Below, one piece after another: positions 55,310 through 64,000 of a DNA stretch of 64,000 bases. The notes beneath the pieces are model-generated. The model was not told where the DNA came from, searched no databases, and worked only from the letters and a program-made list of their open reading frames with translations. Origin of the DNA: an uncultured Candidatus Saccharibacteria bacterium (lineage in GTDB: Bacteria; Patescibacteriota; Saccharimonadia; Saccharimonadales; UBA7683); contig CAZIPE010000001.1 of the NCBI GenBank assembly GCA_964541305.1, positions 12,138 to 76,137 of the forward strand, given 5' to 3'. The position numbers and the translations under genes were made by a program. Numbering within the stretch: position 1 is the first letter of the stretch; each line of letters starts with the position of its first letter.

Positions 55310-55596
55310 AACCCTAAGCTTGCACAGCCATTATTTAGAACTGCGACTCTCTTTGATCTCTTTCTCAGACGGATGAATAGGCAAGAAACAAAAAAACATT
55401 TATAAATTCAAAATCACCTGCGAAAGGCTTAACTGATAAATCAGCGTACCCCTTTATGCCAGGTGATTTGCTTTGAGATTTCCCTAGCATAGGGTTTCCG
55501 CATTGCGGTTACCTACTCAGAATCTAGGGGTACGGTATCGTCTTTCGACTTCCCGTAGATATTTTAACATATAGATAGCCCACCGAAGCAATAAAA
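55287..55596. repeat. 25-bp exact direct repeat (55287-55311 and 55572-55596)
   Basis: TAGATAGCCCACCGAAGCAATAAAA occurs twice, 285 bp apart. Confidence 0.9.
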
Positions 55597-55888
55597 AAAG
55601 ACCACGGTCCATATGGGGTGATCTATGTCGCACAAGCTGTATTGTTAGACTAGATTGTGTGATGCTCGTTGTAGACTCGCTTTAAGTCGTTGTCTACTAC
55701 GTTTTGCAGATATATAATTCGAAGTAGATTTGTACCTTACTAGGCTGACGGAATACTACCCTTCTCTCTCATTGTTTACTCGGGGCTCGCTACCTTACCT
55801 CCTCCTCCATAGTTCATTGTGGTGAATTATGGGGGGAGAGGTTTTGAAAAGGTCGAGCTCCCTGTAACGTAAACGGAGGACTTATGTG

Positions 55889-56020
55889 ATGGCGAAAGCT
55901 AAAAACATACGCTACCGAAGGGCCGATAATGGTCGGTACACAACAGAGAGATATGCTGTAAAGCATCCTCACACCACTGTTCGTGAAACCGACAAGGCTC
56001 GGAGGACTAAGAAGAAGTAA
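55889..56020 (+). CDS. Small basic protein MAKAKNIRYRRADNGRYTTERYAVKHPHTTVRETDKARRTKKK (not in ORF track)
   Basis: GGAGGA SD at 55875-55880; R.A..GR...Y A..HP.TTV.E resembles a widespread small-protein family of unknown function (recalled, not searched). Confidence 0.7.
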   Translation: MAKAKNIRYRRADNGRYTTERYAVKHPHTTVRETDKARRTKKK

Positions 56021-56125
56021 TTCTTTTTAGTGGTGTTTCCGTCAGTCTAATATGGTACAAATCGCTATAAGAATTTTCTATCTGAGTCACACGGTCGCAT
56101 CTGAAATGTTGGGTAATCTTTTGTT

Positions 56126-56200
<75 letters not shown>

Positions 56201-56261
56201 AAAATACCATAACAGAGTAGCAGATGTTCGTGGTCGACACAAATTACTTACAATATGTACT

Positions 56262-56609
56262 TTAGAACAATTGTAGCTGCTCAAAATTTTTAGAATAACG
56301 TTGTTTCACTTGGGCTTTTTTTGAGGGAATGGTACGGATGCCCTTTAGGTACGGGATATTCCCTCCAAAACTGCTAATTATTCTTGCAGTTAATTCAGTA
56401 TCATACGTTAAATCTACATTAAGAATTTCCGGCATGATATGTTGAGCTGAATCAAGATCATAACTTTTTGCATTTTCATCGAGCCAATACAGCGAATTTG
56501 TCACCGCCAATTCTGGTGTAGTTGCGACTGCATTAATTGTTAAGTGTCCAATTTCCACAGCATATATTTGTGGAAATTTAACTTGTGATAATTCAATTCT
56601 TTCAGACAT
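56262..56609 (-). CDS. Hypothetical protein between tRNA-Tyr and tRNA-Thr
   Basis: 115-aa ORF starting 8 nt after the tRNA-Tyr CCA. Confidence 0.5.
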   Translation of the reverse strand: MSERIELSQVKFPQIYAVEIGHLTINAVATTPELAVTNSLYWLDENAKSYDLDSAQHIMPEILNVDLTYDTELTARIISSFGGNIPYLKGIRTIPSKKAQVKQRYSKNFEQLQLF

Positions 56610-56617
56610 AGTTTAAA

Positions 56618-56703
56618 TGGTGCTGGGAGTAGGATTCGAACCTACGAAGGCATAAGCCAGCAGATTTACAGTCTGCCGTGTTTGACCGCTTCACTATCCC
56701 AGC
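56618..56703 (-). tRNA. tRNA-Tyr(GTA)
   Basis: GCTGGGA/TCCCAGC acceptor, GCAGA-CT-GTA-AA-TCTGC anticodon arm, long variable arm, CCA end. Confidence 0.96.
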
Positions 56704-56828
56704 TCGTCGACGTTTACTACAAGTTACGGTTTTAATTGTACAAATTAAAATCCTTCACTTTTCGTTACGTCTCCTCTCAAATTGAAAAAGTCGCAAGCGC
56801 TTTGTTTTTCAATTTGTAAAGAATACTA

Positions 56829-56905
56829 TGGAGCCGCCTGTCGGATTCGAACCGACGACCTACTGTTTACAAAACAGTCGCTCTAACCAACTGAGCTAAG
56901 GCGGC
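56829..56905 (-). tRNA. tRNA-Thr(TGT)
   Basis: GCCGCCT/AGGCGGC acceptor, CTGTT-TT-GTA-AACAG region giving a TGT anticodon, GGTTCGAATCC, CCA end. Confidence 0.96.
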
Positions 56906-56966
56906 ACATCTGTTACTTAACTGTAACACTATACGAAATTTTACTCTAAACTGCAAATGACACTCA

Positions 56967-57626
56967 TTACATCACAACTTTGCGAGGTTGTTTGATTCGA
57001 GCCGCTTTTTTGATCTTCACATTCGCCTTCTTCATAGCTGTTTCAATCTTTTTAGCATCTTCGTCGCGCCCTACTTTTTTGTATGCATCCATAACCAGCA
57101 TATAGGTTTGGCGGTTAGGCTGAAGGCGCGCAGCTGTTTCGAGCGATTCCACCATCTTCTTTTCGTTTCCTAGCTTGTCTTGCACTTTGGCATAGGCAAT
57201 ATAACGAGTTGGTACGTCATCTTCTTCGTCTAGCGCTGTTTCGAGTACGTGGGCAGCTTTATTGTATTCTGCAGTCTCTAAATACACCAAACCAAGGTTA
57301 TGCAGTGTCGATGCATTAGGCTCTAGGCTTTGAGCAATTTCAAAACACTCCACCGCGTGATCAAATGAGCGTTGTTTTGCATATAAAATACCGAGGCGGT
57401 TGTAGGCTCCAGCGTTACGTTCGTCAAACTTCAAAATGGTAAGCAAGGCTCGTTCAGCACGAAGGAACTTGTTTTCTTTCAGAGATTTGAATGCATCATC
57501 CCATAGTTTCTGAAGTCTATCCCCTACGCGATTACTTACCAGCTCGTCGGCTTGTTCCTCGGCCTGATTCATGGCATAGACCGTCCAGCCACCAAGACCA
57601 ATAATTATAAATAATGAGAGTATCAT
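56967..57626 (-). CDS. Membrane-anchored TPR protein
   Basis: N-terminal TM; AYNRLGILY, TLHNLGLVY TPR motifs. Confidence 0.85.
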   Translation of the reverse strand: MILSLFIIIGLGGWTVYAMNQAEEQADELVSNRVGDRLQKLWDDAFKSLKENKFLRAERALLTILKFDERNAGAYNRLGILYAKQRSFDHAVECFEIAQSLEPNASTLHNLGLVYLETAEYNKAAHVLETALDEEDDVPTRYIAYAKVQDKLGNEKKMVESLETAARLQPNRQTYMLVMDAYKKVGRDEDAKKIETAMKKANVKIKKAARIKQPRKVVM

Positions 57627-57680
57627 TGATATAAATTATAGCATTATGAGAACACTCCCCAAAGTACAGTGGTTATGATA

Positions 57681-58517
57681 CTACAATTGTTCTGCGAATT
57701 TAGTGAGATGAATCTTGGGGTTGCCTGATATACTCTTCAAATTGTGGGTGGTAAGTTCAACGAGCTGTGCCTGATCTTTAAGTTTTGTGAGCACCTGCTT
57801 ATTACTCGTATTTCCACGTATCAAGGCCTGTAAAATTGTGGTGATGTTTTGCAAAAAAAGTAATGCCCAGTCTCTCTCGTAACTATGTGCAGTCAGGATT
57901 TTGTGTCGTTCATATTTCGGTGCACCATAAAAAAGTTTTGCTGTGTTCATCTCGGTTTGAGCAGCTTCCAAAGTTTCATTGTCGGTCATAGCTTGAGAGA
58001 GTGCACCTGGTAAGCCACGGGTGATACTGGCTATTTTGCTAAACTCATCTGTATCGCCAGCAAACTCAGGCTTAAAGTAGGTTACGGTATCCTCTTTGGT
58101 TGGAGCTACAACTTGAATGGTTGTGCAACGCGACTGAATGGTTGAAAGCAGGCTTTGTACGCTCGGAGCTGTGAGGATGAACAGAACGTTCTCTGGTGGT
58201 TCCTCGAGAAGTTTTAAGAATGCGTTCTGAGCCTCAGAGCCAAGATTATCGGCATCTCTGACAACTATTGCCTGTTTTCTGCCTGTTTTTGTCTTTTCAT
58301 AAAGTTCTCGTATTTGGTCTATTGAAATTGTAGATTTCTTTTCTAAGACCTCTACGACACTATACTGTGCACCCATTTTATAGCTAAGCCAACATGCTAG
58401 ATAAAACTTTCCAATGCCGTCCTCGCCATGTAGTAAAACGGCGTGCGGAGGATGCGCAAGATAAAGATCTAGTTGTATACGAGTCCGGTGATGCAACAGA
58501 GGTTCTTTCATAATCAT
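57681..58517 (-). CDS. holB: DNA polymerase III delta' subunit-like
   Basis: HAVLLHGEDGIGK, ISIDQIR, AQNAFLKLLEEPP, TIQSRC. Confidence 0.85.
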   Translation of the reverse strand: MIMKEPLLHHRTRIQLDLYLAHPPHAVLLHGEDGIGKFYLACWLSYKMGAQYSVVEVLEKKSTISIDQIRELYEKTKTGRKQAIVVRDADNLGSEAQNAFLKLLEEPPENVLFILTAPSVQSLLSTIQSRCTTIQVVAPTKEDTVTYFKPEFAGDTDEFSKIASITRGLPGALSQAMTDNETLEAAQTEMNTAKLFYGAPKYERHKILTAHSYERDWALLFLQNITTILQALIRGNTSNKQVLTKLKDQAQLVELTTHNLKSISGNPKIHLTKFAEQL

Positions 58518-59395
58518 AGAGAAAATTCTGCGGGTGTTTCCGTCTCAAAAACACGTCGTTCACCGTCAGGTAGTGTTATTTCAAGCTGACGTGCGTGCAG
58601 TAACATCCGTTCATTGTCAGATCCTTCGTAGAGTGCATCACCCACAATAGGGTGTTTGAGGTATGCGAGGTGAACGCGCAGTTGATGAGTGCGGCCCGTA
58701 ACTGGTCGTAATTCAAGAAGTGAACGCGTGCTGTTTGTTTTTAAAAGCCTAAATGCGGTCTGGGCTGATTTGCCGTTAATACCTGCTCTAAATGTTGCCG
58801 GTTTCTTGGGGTTGCGTCCGATGGGTATGTCTATCAGGCCTTCAGTTTCAGAGAGCTCACCTTCAATTACTGCAAGATATGTTTTTTTGACGCTTCGACC
58901 AGCAAACTGTTTCTGAATATAGGTTTGAGCCATCTCATTTTTTGCGCAAATGATAACCCCACTTGTTCCTCTGTCTAGTCGATGCACGATACCCGCACGG
59001 TTGGATTCCCAAAACACATCATCAGTAGTTATCTTCGATGTGGCAGAAGTCACGTGTCGTTTTAGCCACGTAGCAACTGTAGCTTCATTATGTAGCGTAC
59101 CTTTCGCATGCGTAAGGACACCAGCTGGCTTATCTACTACTACTATATTTTCATCTTCGTACACTATCGGAAGCGAAATATCAGGGGGAGCCTGATTCAC
59201 GACGCTCAGGTCGATTGTGATAACATCATCAGACTTTGTCTTGTACTTAGTTTTTACAGACATGCCATTGACCTGAACAGAGCCATCATCAATAAGTTTT
59301 TCAAGTAGAGACCTCGAATACTGCGGAAATGCAGAAGAAAGCACCTTATCTAGGCGCTCACCGACATTAAAATCCTCTACCTTCTGACTATTCAC
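58514..59395 (-). CDS. RluA/RluD family pseudouridine synthase
   Basis: S4 domain RLDKVL, DKPAG, GIVHRLDRGTSG, TGRTHQLRVH. Confidence 0.95.
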   Translation of the reverse strand: MNSQKVEDFNVGERLDKVLSSAFPQYSRSLLEKLIDDGSVQVNGMSVKTKYKTKSDDVITIDLSVVNQAPPDISLPIVYEDENIVVVDKPAGVLTHAKGTLHNEATVATWLKRHVTSATSKITTDDVFWESNRAGIVHRLDRGTSGVIICAKNEMAQTYIQKQFAGRSVKKTYLAVIEGELSETEGLIDIPIGRNPKKPATFRAGINGKSAQTAFRLLKTNSTRSLLELRPVTGRTHQLRVHLAYLKHPIVGDALYEGSDNERMLLHARQLEITLPDGERRVFETETPAEFSL

Positions 59396-59423
59396 TGCCC
59401 TATTGTAACTCTAATCAGTTAAA

Positions 59424-59915
59424 TTAGTCTTGATTTTTAATCTTTTGCTTGCGATTTTTAGCTTTGTCTTTGTTCTGTTTATGAACAATACTTTTTCCGC
59501 TTAGTTTGATTCCGTATGTTTTTTCAAACAACTTCTTAATTGTGGCTATTTCATCTGTGCTTGTGATTACTGCAATTACTGGCAAAAAATCTCCTGCATC
59601 AAAATCCTCATTATCAATATGCTCTGCAAAAGATACTCTTGAAAATCCCTTTATATCTTCTCCTTGCACCGTCAAATCTATAACTAGGCCTTGGTCGAAA
59701 ACTATCAGGTGGGCGTAGGAACTTACATAGCAATCGTCTGAATCTATTTCTAATGGGCAATTTTGATTCACCCAGACTTTATAGTCTTCATCAACCCATA
59801 ATGCATCGGCATCGATAATCCAGGCACTGCCGGGTACTGCGTCCTTGATTGTTGGTCTTTCAAGCCTTTCGGGTAGCTGTGCTTGTGTACCGTCTAGTTC
59901 TCCGTTTTGAAACAT
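59424..59915 (-). CDS. Hypothetical protein
   Basis: 163-aa ORF, acidic with a basic tail. Confidence 0.55.
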   Translation of the reverse strand: MFQNGELDGTQAQLPERLERPTIKDAVPGSAWIIDADALWVDEDYKVWVNQNCPLEIDSDDCYVSSYAHLIVFDQGLVIDLTVQGEDIKGFSRVSFAEHIDNEDFDAGDFLPVIAVITSTDEIATIKKLFEKTYGIKLSGKSIVHKQNKDKAKNRKQKIKNQD

Positions 59916-59963
59916 TATAGAACTACGTTAGCACATCTGTTTTTGACGTCAACGTTAAGCGTT

Positions 59964-60992
59964 TTAGCGTAGCCCTACGGCTTCTTGCGCTTTTAACAGC
60001 GTTGCGCTGGCAACTTCGTTCATCATAGCTTCTGAAGAATTAAGTTTTTCCTCAACTGCCTGCATGTCGACTTGACCATATGCTGACTGGAAATTGTTCA
60101 AAAAGCTTTCAGTGGCGTCTGCGACTGCCTTTTTTAAATTGCCGTAACTTGTTTGTCCTGTGTATTCTGAAGCTACCTCTTCAAGTCTGCGACCGCTAAA
60201 TAAAGCCAGGATTTGCAGAAGATTACTTATACCTGGCTGATTTACATAATCAAGATTAATACTCCCGACACTATCGGTGTTAGCACTCATGATTTTCTTG
60301 ACTGCCTCCTCGGGAGCGTCGCTGAGGAAAATAATACCTCTACCCCATTCATCCGACTTGCTCATCTTCTTGGTTGGGTCGACTAAGTCTTTAATTCTAA
60401 GTCCCTGATCTTTACCAAAAAATTCGTGTTGTTTCTTCACTTCGTGTGGTACGGTAAATAATTCACCGAATTTAGCGTTCATTCGCTGGGCAATATCGCG
60501 CGTAAATTCAAGATGTTGGCTCTGATCATCACCCACGGGTACATATTCGGCTCCGTAGAGTAGTATATCTGCAGCCATGAGTACGGGGTAGTCAAAAAGG
60601 CCAACACTAATTCTGTCGCTGTCTAACTTCGCAGATTTGTCCTTGAACTGCGTCATTCGTGACATTTCACCCATACCGGTGAAGCAATTAAGTATTACTG
60701 TGAGCTCGCTGTGAGCCGATATACGGCTTTGGCGGTAGATATGGATATCTGGGACATCTAACGGCAATCCTGCAGCTACAAACAGTCGTAGATTGTCCAT
60801 AATCTGCTCTTTCAACAAGCTGTGGTCTATAGGTGTTGTAAAACTATGCAAATCTGGCACAAACAAATTAATTTGATATTCGTTTGCCTTGTTTTTTGCC
60901 ATATCAATAAGCGGTAGCAATGCACCGAAATAATTTCCGATATGCAGATCGTTATTGGCTCGAAGTCCCGTTAGAATGACTGGTTTACTCAT
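59964..60992 (-). CDS. trpS: Tryptophan--tRNA ligase
   Basis: LHIGNYFGA, YPVLMAADILLY, VPVGDDQSQH, KMSKS. Confidence 0.97.
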   Translation of the reverse strand: MSKPVILTGLRANNDLHIGNYFGALLPLIDMAKNKANEYQINLFVPDLHSFTTPIDHSLLKEQIMDNLRLFVAAGLPLDVPDIHIYRQSRISAHSELTVILNCFTGMGEMSRMTQFKDKSAKLDSDRISVGLFDYPVLMAADILLYGAEYVPVGDDQSQHLEFTRDIAQRMNAKFGELFTVPHEVKKQHEFFGKDQGLRIKDLVDPTKKMSKSDEWGRGIIFLSDAPEEAVKKIMSANTDSVGSINLDYVNQPGISNLLQILALFSGRRLEEVASEYTGQTSYGNLKKAVADATESFLNNFQSAYGQVDMQAVEEKLNSSEAMMNEVASATLLKAQEAVGLR

Positions 60993-61030
60993 AATGAGAC
61001 TATTATACTTTATCTCGTAGATACATATGA

Positions 61031-61056
61031 AATAAAAACACCCCTTTCGGGGTGTG
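61031..61056 (-). terminator. Intrinsic terminator after rpsI
   Basis: ACACCCC-GAAA-GGGGUGU-UUUU. Confidence 0.85.
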
Positions 61057-61063
61057 ATAATTG

Positions 61064-61462
61064 TTAACGCTTTGAGAATTGCTCGGTGCGTCTGGCACCT
61101 TTGAGACCTGGCTTCATTCGTTCTTTTTCGCGTGGATCACGCTTGAGTAGGCCATTCTTCTTGAGTGTAGACCGATAATCATCATTCATAGCACTGAGTG
61201 CTTTAGCAATCGCAAGCTTACAGGCACCAATTTGTGAGTGGTGTCCGCCACCATCTACCTTTAGGGTAATATCAAAGCTATCTGTCTTCTGAAGGAGACG
61301 CAGTGGCTCAGTTAATTCGTAAAGGAGTGCTTCGTTGTTGGAAAAATAGTCAGCTGCAGGTGTTTCGTTAAGCGTAATAACGCCTTTACCGCCGAGTAGT
61401 CGTGCTCGTGCAGTAGAACTCTTGCGTCGTCCTAGTCCGTAAAAATAGGTTTCTTTTTTCAT
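61064..61462 (-). CDS. rpsI: 30S ribosomal protein S9
   Basis: GRRKSSTAR, GGG, LLKRDPREKER, QFSKR. Confidence 0.97.
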   Translation of the reverse strand: MKKETYFYGLGRRKSSTARARLLGGKGVITLNETPAADYFSNNEALLYELTEPLRLLQKTDSFDITLKVDGGGHHSQIGACKLAIAKALSAMNDDYRSTLKKNGLLKRDPREKERMKPGLKGARRTEQFSKR

Positions 61463-61920
61463 TATTTCGACTCCTTAGGTGCGCTAAAGCTAATTTTAGT
61501 TGGTTGCTGAGCGTTGTGCTCGTGTTCTTCTCCAGCGAAGACATGAAGTCGCTTCAAACGTTCAGGCTGGAGCTTGTTGCGGGGAATCATTCCACGTACC
61601 GAAGCTACAATAACACTTCCAGAATCTTTAGCAATTTTATCACCGAGAGTAACTTCTTTAATTCCGCCAGGAAAACCAGTGTGACGGTAATATTTCTTAC
61701 CAAGTAGCTTATTACCTGTCACCACTAACTTATCGGTGTTAATAACAACAATGTGGTCACCACAATCAATATGCGGGGTATACATAGGCTTATCTTTGCC
61801 CATAAGTTTCGTAGCTATTACAGTAGAGAGACGGCCGAGGGGTGCATCTGATGCATCAATGACATACCAGTTTCGAGTAACTTCGGATGGTTTCGCGCTA
61901 TATGTTTTAACATTTTTCAT
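61462..61920 (-). CDS. rplM: 50S ribosomal protein L13
   Basis: WYVIDA, LGRLST, YTPHIDCGD, RHTGFPGG. Confidence 0.97.
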   Translation of the reverse strand: MKNVKTYSAKPSEVTRNWYVIDASDAPLGRLSTVIATKLMGKDKPMYTPHIDCGDHIVVINTDKLVVTGNKLLGKKYYRHTGFPGGIKEVTLGDKIAKDSGSVIVASVRGMIPRNKLQPERLKRLHVFAGEEHEHNAQQPTKISFSAPKESK

Positions 61921-62450
61921 TATCTATTACCTCTTACGCCAGTTCGCTTCTTTGTAGCGGTCGTAGACGTAGCTTTAAGTGCGGATTTCGTAGTAGCCAG
62001 TTTATCTTTAACAACCTTGGTAACCTTTGCATCATGTTCGGTCGATACTTTTTTAGCAGTCGGTGCTGATTTGCCGGTAGTAGCAGTGTCTTTAATTTCA
62101 TCAACAAAAGATATGCGGGCCATCTGAGTGTTATCTCCGCGACGAAGTTCTGTTCGCTCAATGCGCAGGTAGCCACTTGTTCGCTTCATGACAGGTGCAA
62201 TCTGTTCGACGAGTTTGTGAGCGGCATCTTTGTTAGAAAGCTTATCAATAATCTGACGTCTGTTGTGTAGGTCATTTTTACGTGCCTTGCTCACGAGCTT
62301 TTCAACATAAGGACGAAGATCTTTCGCTTTAGGCAGTGTTGTCTCGATGCTACCGTGTTCAATAAGAGCAATAGCAAGGCCACGCATTAAAGCAGTGCGC
62401 TGATCACGCTCTCTTCCAAATTTACGACCTTTGTATGAGTGACGATGCAT
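61920..62450 (-). CDS. rplQ: 50S ribosomal protein L17 with Lys/Thr-rich C-terminal extension
   Basis: IETTLPKAK, SGYLRI, RRGDN. Confidence 0.96.
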   Translation of the reverse strand: MHRHSYKGRKFGRERDQRTALMRGLAIALIEHGSIETTLPKAKDLRPYVEKLVSKARKNDLHNRRQIIDKLSNKDAAHKLVEQIAPVMKRTSGYLRIERTELRRGDNTQMARISFVDEIKDTATTGKSAPTAKKVSTEHDAKVTKVVKDKLATTKSALKATSTTATKKRTGVRGNR

Positions 62451-63373
62451 TAGAACTCCAATTCAGCCAGTTTATCCTTAACTTCATCAAGGGCCTTAGA
62501 TCCAAAACCTTTTAGGTCTCGGAGGTCAACTTCACCAAGTGTGACGAGATCGCCAACTGTTTTAATTCCGTTATTCACAAGTGCATTAGCAGTGCGAGCG
62601 GTAAGGTTAAGATCCTCAATTGAGGTCATTAACGCAGCTGTTTCTTCAGTATGGGCAGTTTGCGAAAGGGGCTGAGCCGCAGCAACAGTAGTGCTACCGG
62701 CAAGCGCTGTGTACTGGTTTACCAAAATGGCAGAAGCCTGTTCAAATGCTTCGCGTGGTGAAATGGAGCCGTCAGTGTCAATTGTCAGTAGTAGCTTATC
62801 GAGGTCAGTCATCTGGCCGACACGTGTACTTTCAACTTTGTAGCGCACGCGAGTAACAGGGGTGAATAGTGCATCAACTGCAATCATGTCGCTCGGGCGG
62901 CTCGCAGCTGGCGCTGCTTCAATAGTGCGGTACCCGCGACCAGTTTCTACCAAGATATCCATAACAAAAGGCTTGTTGCTATCGAGTGTAGCAATAACGT
63001 GCTCAGGGTTAACTACTTCAACCTGATCAGTTGTTTTGATATCGCCAACCGTGATTGCACCTTTTTTATTCTTCTCTAAACGTACAATCTGCGGTTCATC
63101 GCTAAATACCTTGAAGCGAGCTTGTTTAAGGTTGAGCATAATGTCTACGACATCTTCTTTGACACCGTCAACAGTAGTGAATTCGTGAGTAATACCTTCA
63201 ATTTTAAATGCTACGACGCTCGCACCTGAGATAGATGAAAGAAGAACTCGTCGTAAGCTATTACCAAGAGTCATACCGTAGCCAGTATGAAGCGGTTCTA
63301 TAACCATAGTAGCGCTGTGTGCGCTGTGGTCGTCGACTGATGCGAGGGTTGGGTTATGGATCATTTTTGACAT
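62450..63373 (-). CDS. rpoA: RNA polymerase alpha subunit
   Basis: EPLHTGYGMTLGNSLRRVLLSS, HEF, RVGQMTDLDKL, alpha-CTD. Confidence 0.98.
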   Translation of the reverse strand: MSKMIHNPTLASVDDHSAHSATMVIEPLHTGYGMTLGNSLRRVLLSSISGASVVAFKIEGITHEFTTVDGVKEDVVDIMLNLKQARFKVFSDEPQIVRLEKNKKGAITVGDIKTTDQVEVVNPEHVIATLDSNKPFVMDILVETGRGYRTIEAAPAASRPSDMIAVDALFTPVTRVRYKVESTRVGQMTDLDKLLLTIDTDGSISPREAFEQASAILVNQYTALAGSTTVAAAQPLSQTAHTEETAALMTSIEDLNLTARTANALVNNGIKTVGDLVTLGEVDLRDLKGFGSKALDEVKDKLAELEF

Positions 63374-63387
63374 TGTGTGCTCCTTTG

Positions 63388-64000
63388 TTAGCGTGAGTAG
63401 TACTCTACAATTAATTGTTCGTTAATATCTGGTTCAGATTCTTCTCTCTGTGGAAGGCCGGTAATAGTAATTTTCAGTTTCTTCACGTCGCTGGTGAGCC
63501 AGCTTAGTTGCGGCTGGCTAGCGGTTGCGTGAATGTCAGCAATTTCCTTGAAGTATTCGTTTTTTGCGCTCTTTTCGCGAACAGTAATGACGTCACCTTC
63601 ACTAACCCGAATTGATGGTATATCAACGCGTCGTCCGTTGAGCATAAAGTGGCCGTGGCCAACAAGTTGACGAGAGGCGCGGCGTGAAGTCGCGAATCCT
63701 GCACGGTATACTGCATTGTCGAGACGCTGTTCAAGTAGACGAAGTAGAATTTGACCAGACTGACCCTTGGAACGGTTGGCTTCCTTCATGAGATTGCTAA
63801 ACTGCTTTTCCATAAGACCATACAGACGACGAACCTTCTGTTTTTCACGGAGCTGCAATGCATAACCAGTCAGTTTTCGCTGACGCCCGTGACCGTGTTC
63901 GCCCGGTATGGTGCTCCGTTTGGCCATAATCTTATGAGCTTTAGGATGAAGCGCATAGCCTTCTCTTCGACTTTGTTTAACAATTGGTGAAGTATCTCGT
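63388..64000 (-). CDS. rpsD: 30S ribosomal protein S4 (start just beyond the window end)
   Basis: Frame stays open to the window edge (RDTSPIVKQSRREGYALHPKAHKIMAKR); QLREKQK, RLDNAVYR, IVEYYSR. Confidence 0.97.
   Translation of the reverse strand, partial: RDTSPIVKQSRREGYALHPKAHKIMAKRSTIPGEHGHGRQRKLTGYALQLREKQKVRRLYGLMEKQFSNLMKEANRSKGQSGQILLRLLEQRLDNAVYRAGFATSRRASRQLVGHGHFMLNGRRVDIPSIRVSEGDVITVREKSAKNEYFKEIADIHATASQPQLSWLTSDVKKLKITITGLPQREESEPDINEQLIVEYYSR

Noticed and set aside
55400-55560. c-di-GMP-I riboswitch or hammerhead ribozyme identity
   Set aside because: Has a GAAA tetraloop but lacks the GCAAA/GACGCAAA pattern of c-di-GMP-I and the CUGAnGA...GAAA hammerhead core; left unassigned.

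Overview
Chromosomal segment of a small-genome bacterium, most consistent with Candidatus Saccharibacteria (Patescibacteria/CPR). This is judged from recalled signatures (RpsD N-terminus RREGYALHPKAHK, N-terminally extended RplA, Tmk-ThyX fusion), not from a database search. TGA acts as a stop, so standard code 11 applies. Most genes are housekeeping on the minus strand (rpsD-rpoA-rplQ-rplM-rpsI, trpS, holB, tRNA-Thr/Tyr/Thr, rpmG, secE-nusG-rplK-rplA, rplJ-rplL, dnaX-dnaB, ybaB-recR, cysS), with many inserted accessory genes. Most notable observations: (1) a four-helix-bundle gene between ybaB and recR, bracketed by two mirror-image 60-bp arrays of 7-bp repeats; (2) an unannotated Leu/Ile-rich leader peptide with full attenuator geometry in front of a leuA-like/ridA/ilvA operon, with a second attenuator-like leader back-to-back; (3) a 14-kb surface module of response regulator, 1777-aa NHL/FN3 pseudo-histidine kinase, 2020-aa LamG/propeller protein and MacB-type ABC transporter, where both giant proteins have propeller arrays inserted inside a beta-sandwich; (4) a decayed tRNA-Thr-anchored mini-island with a 25-bp direct repeat, a structured RNA candidate and an unannotated 43-aa protein; (5) an orphan ~150-nt ncRNA candidate; (6) widespread leaderless-type gene starts; (7) two nucleotide-metabolism clusters. 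No CRISPR array, rRNA, integrase or transposase was seen.
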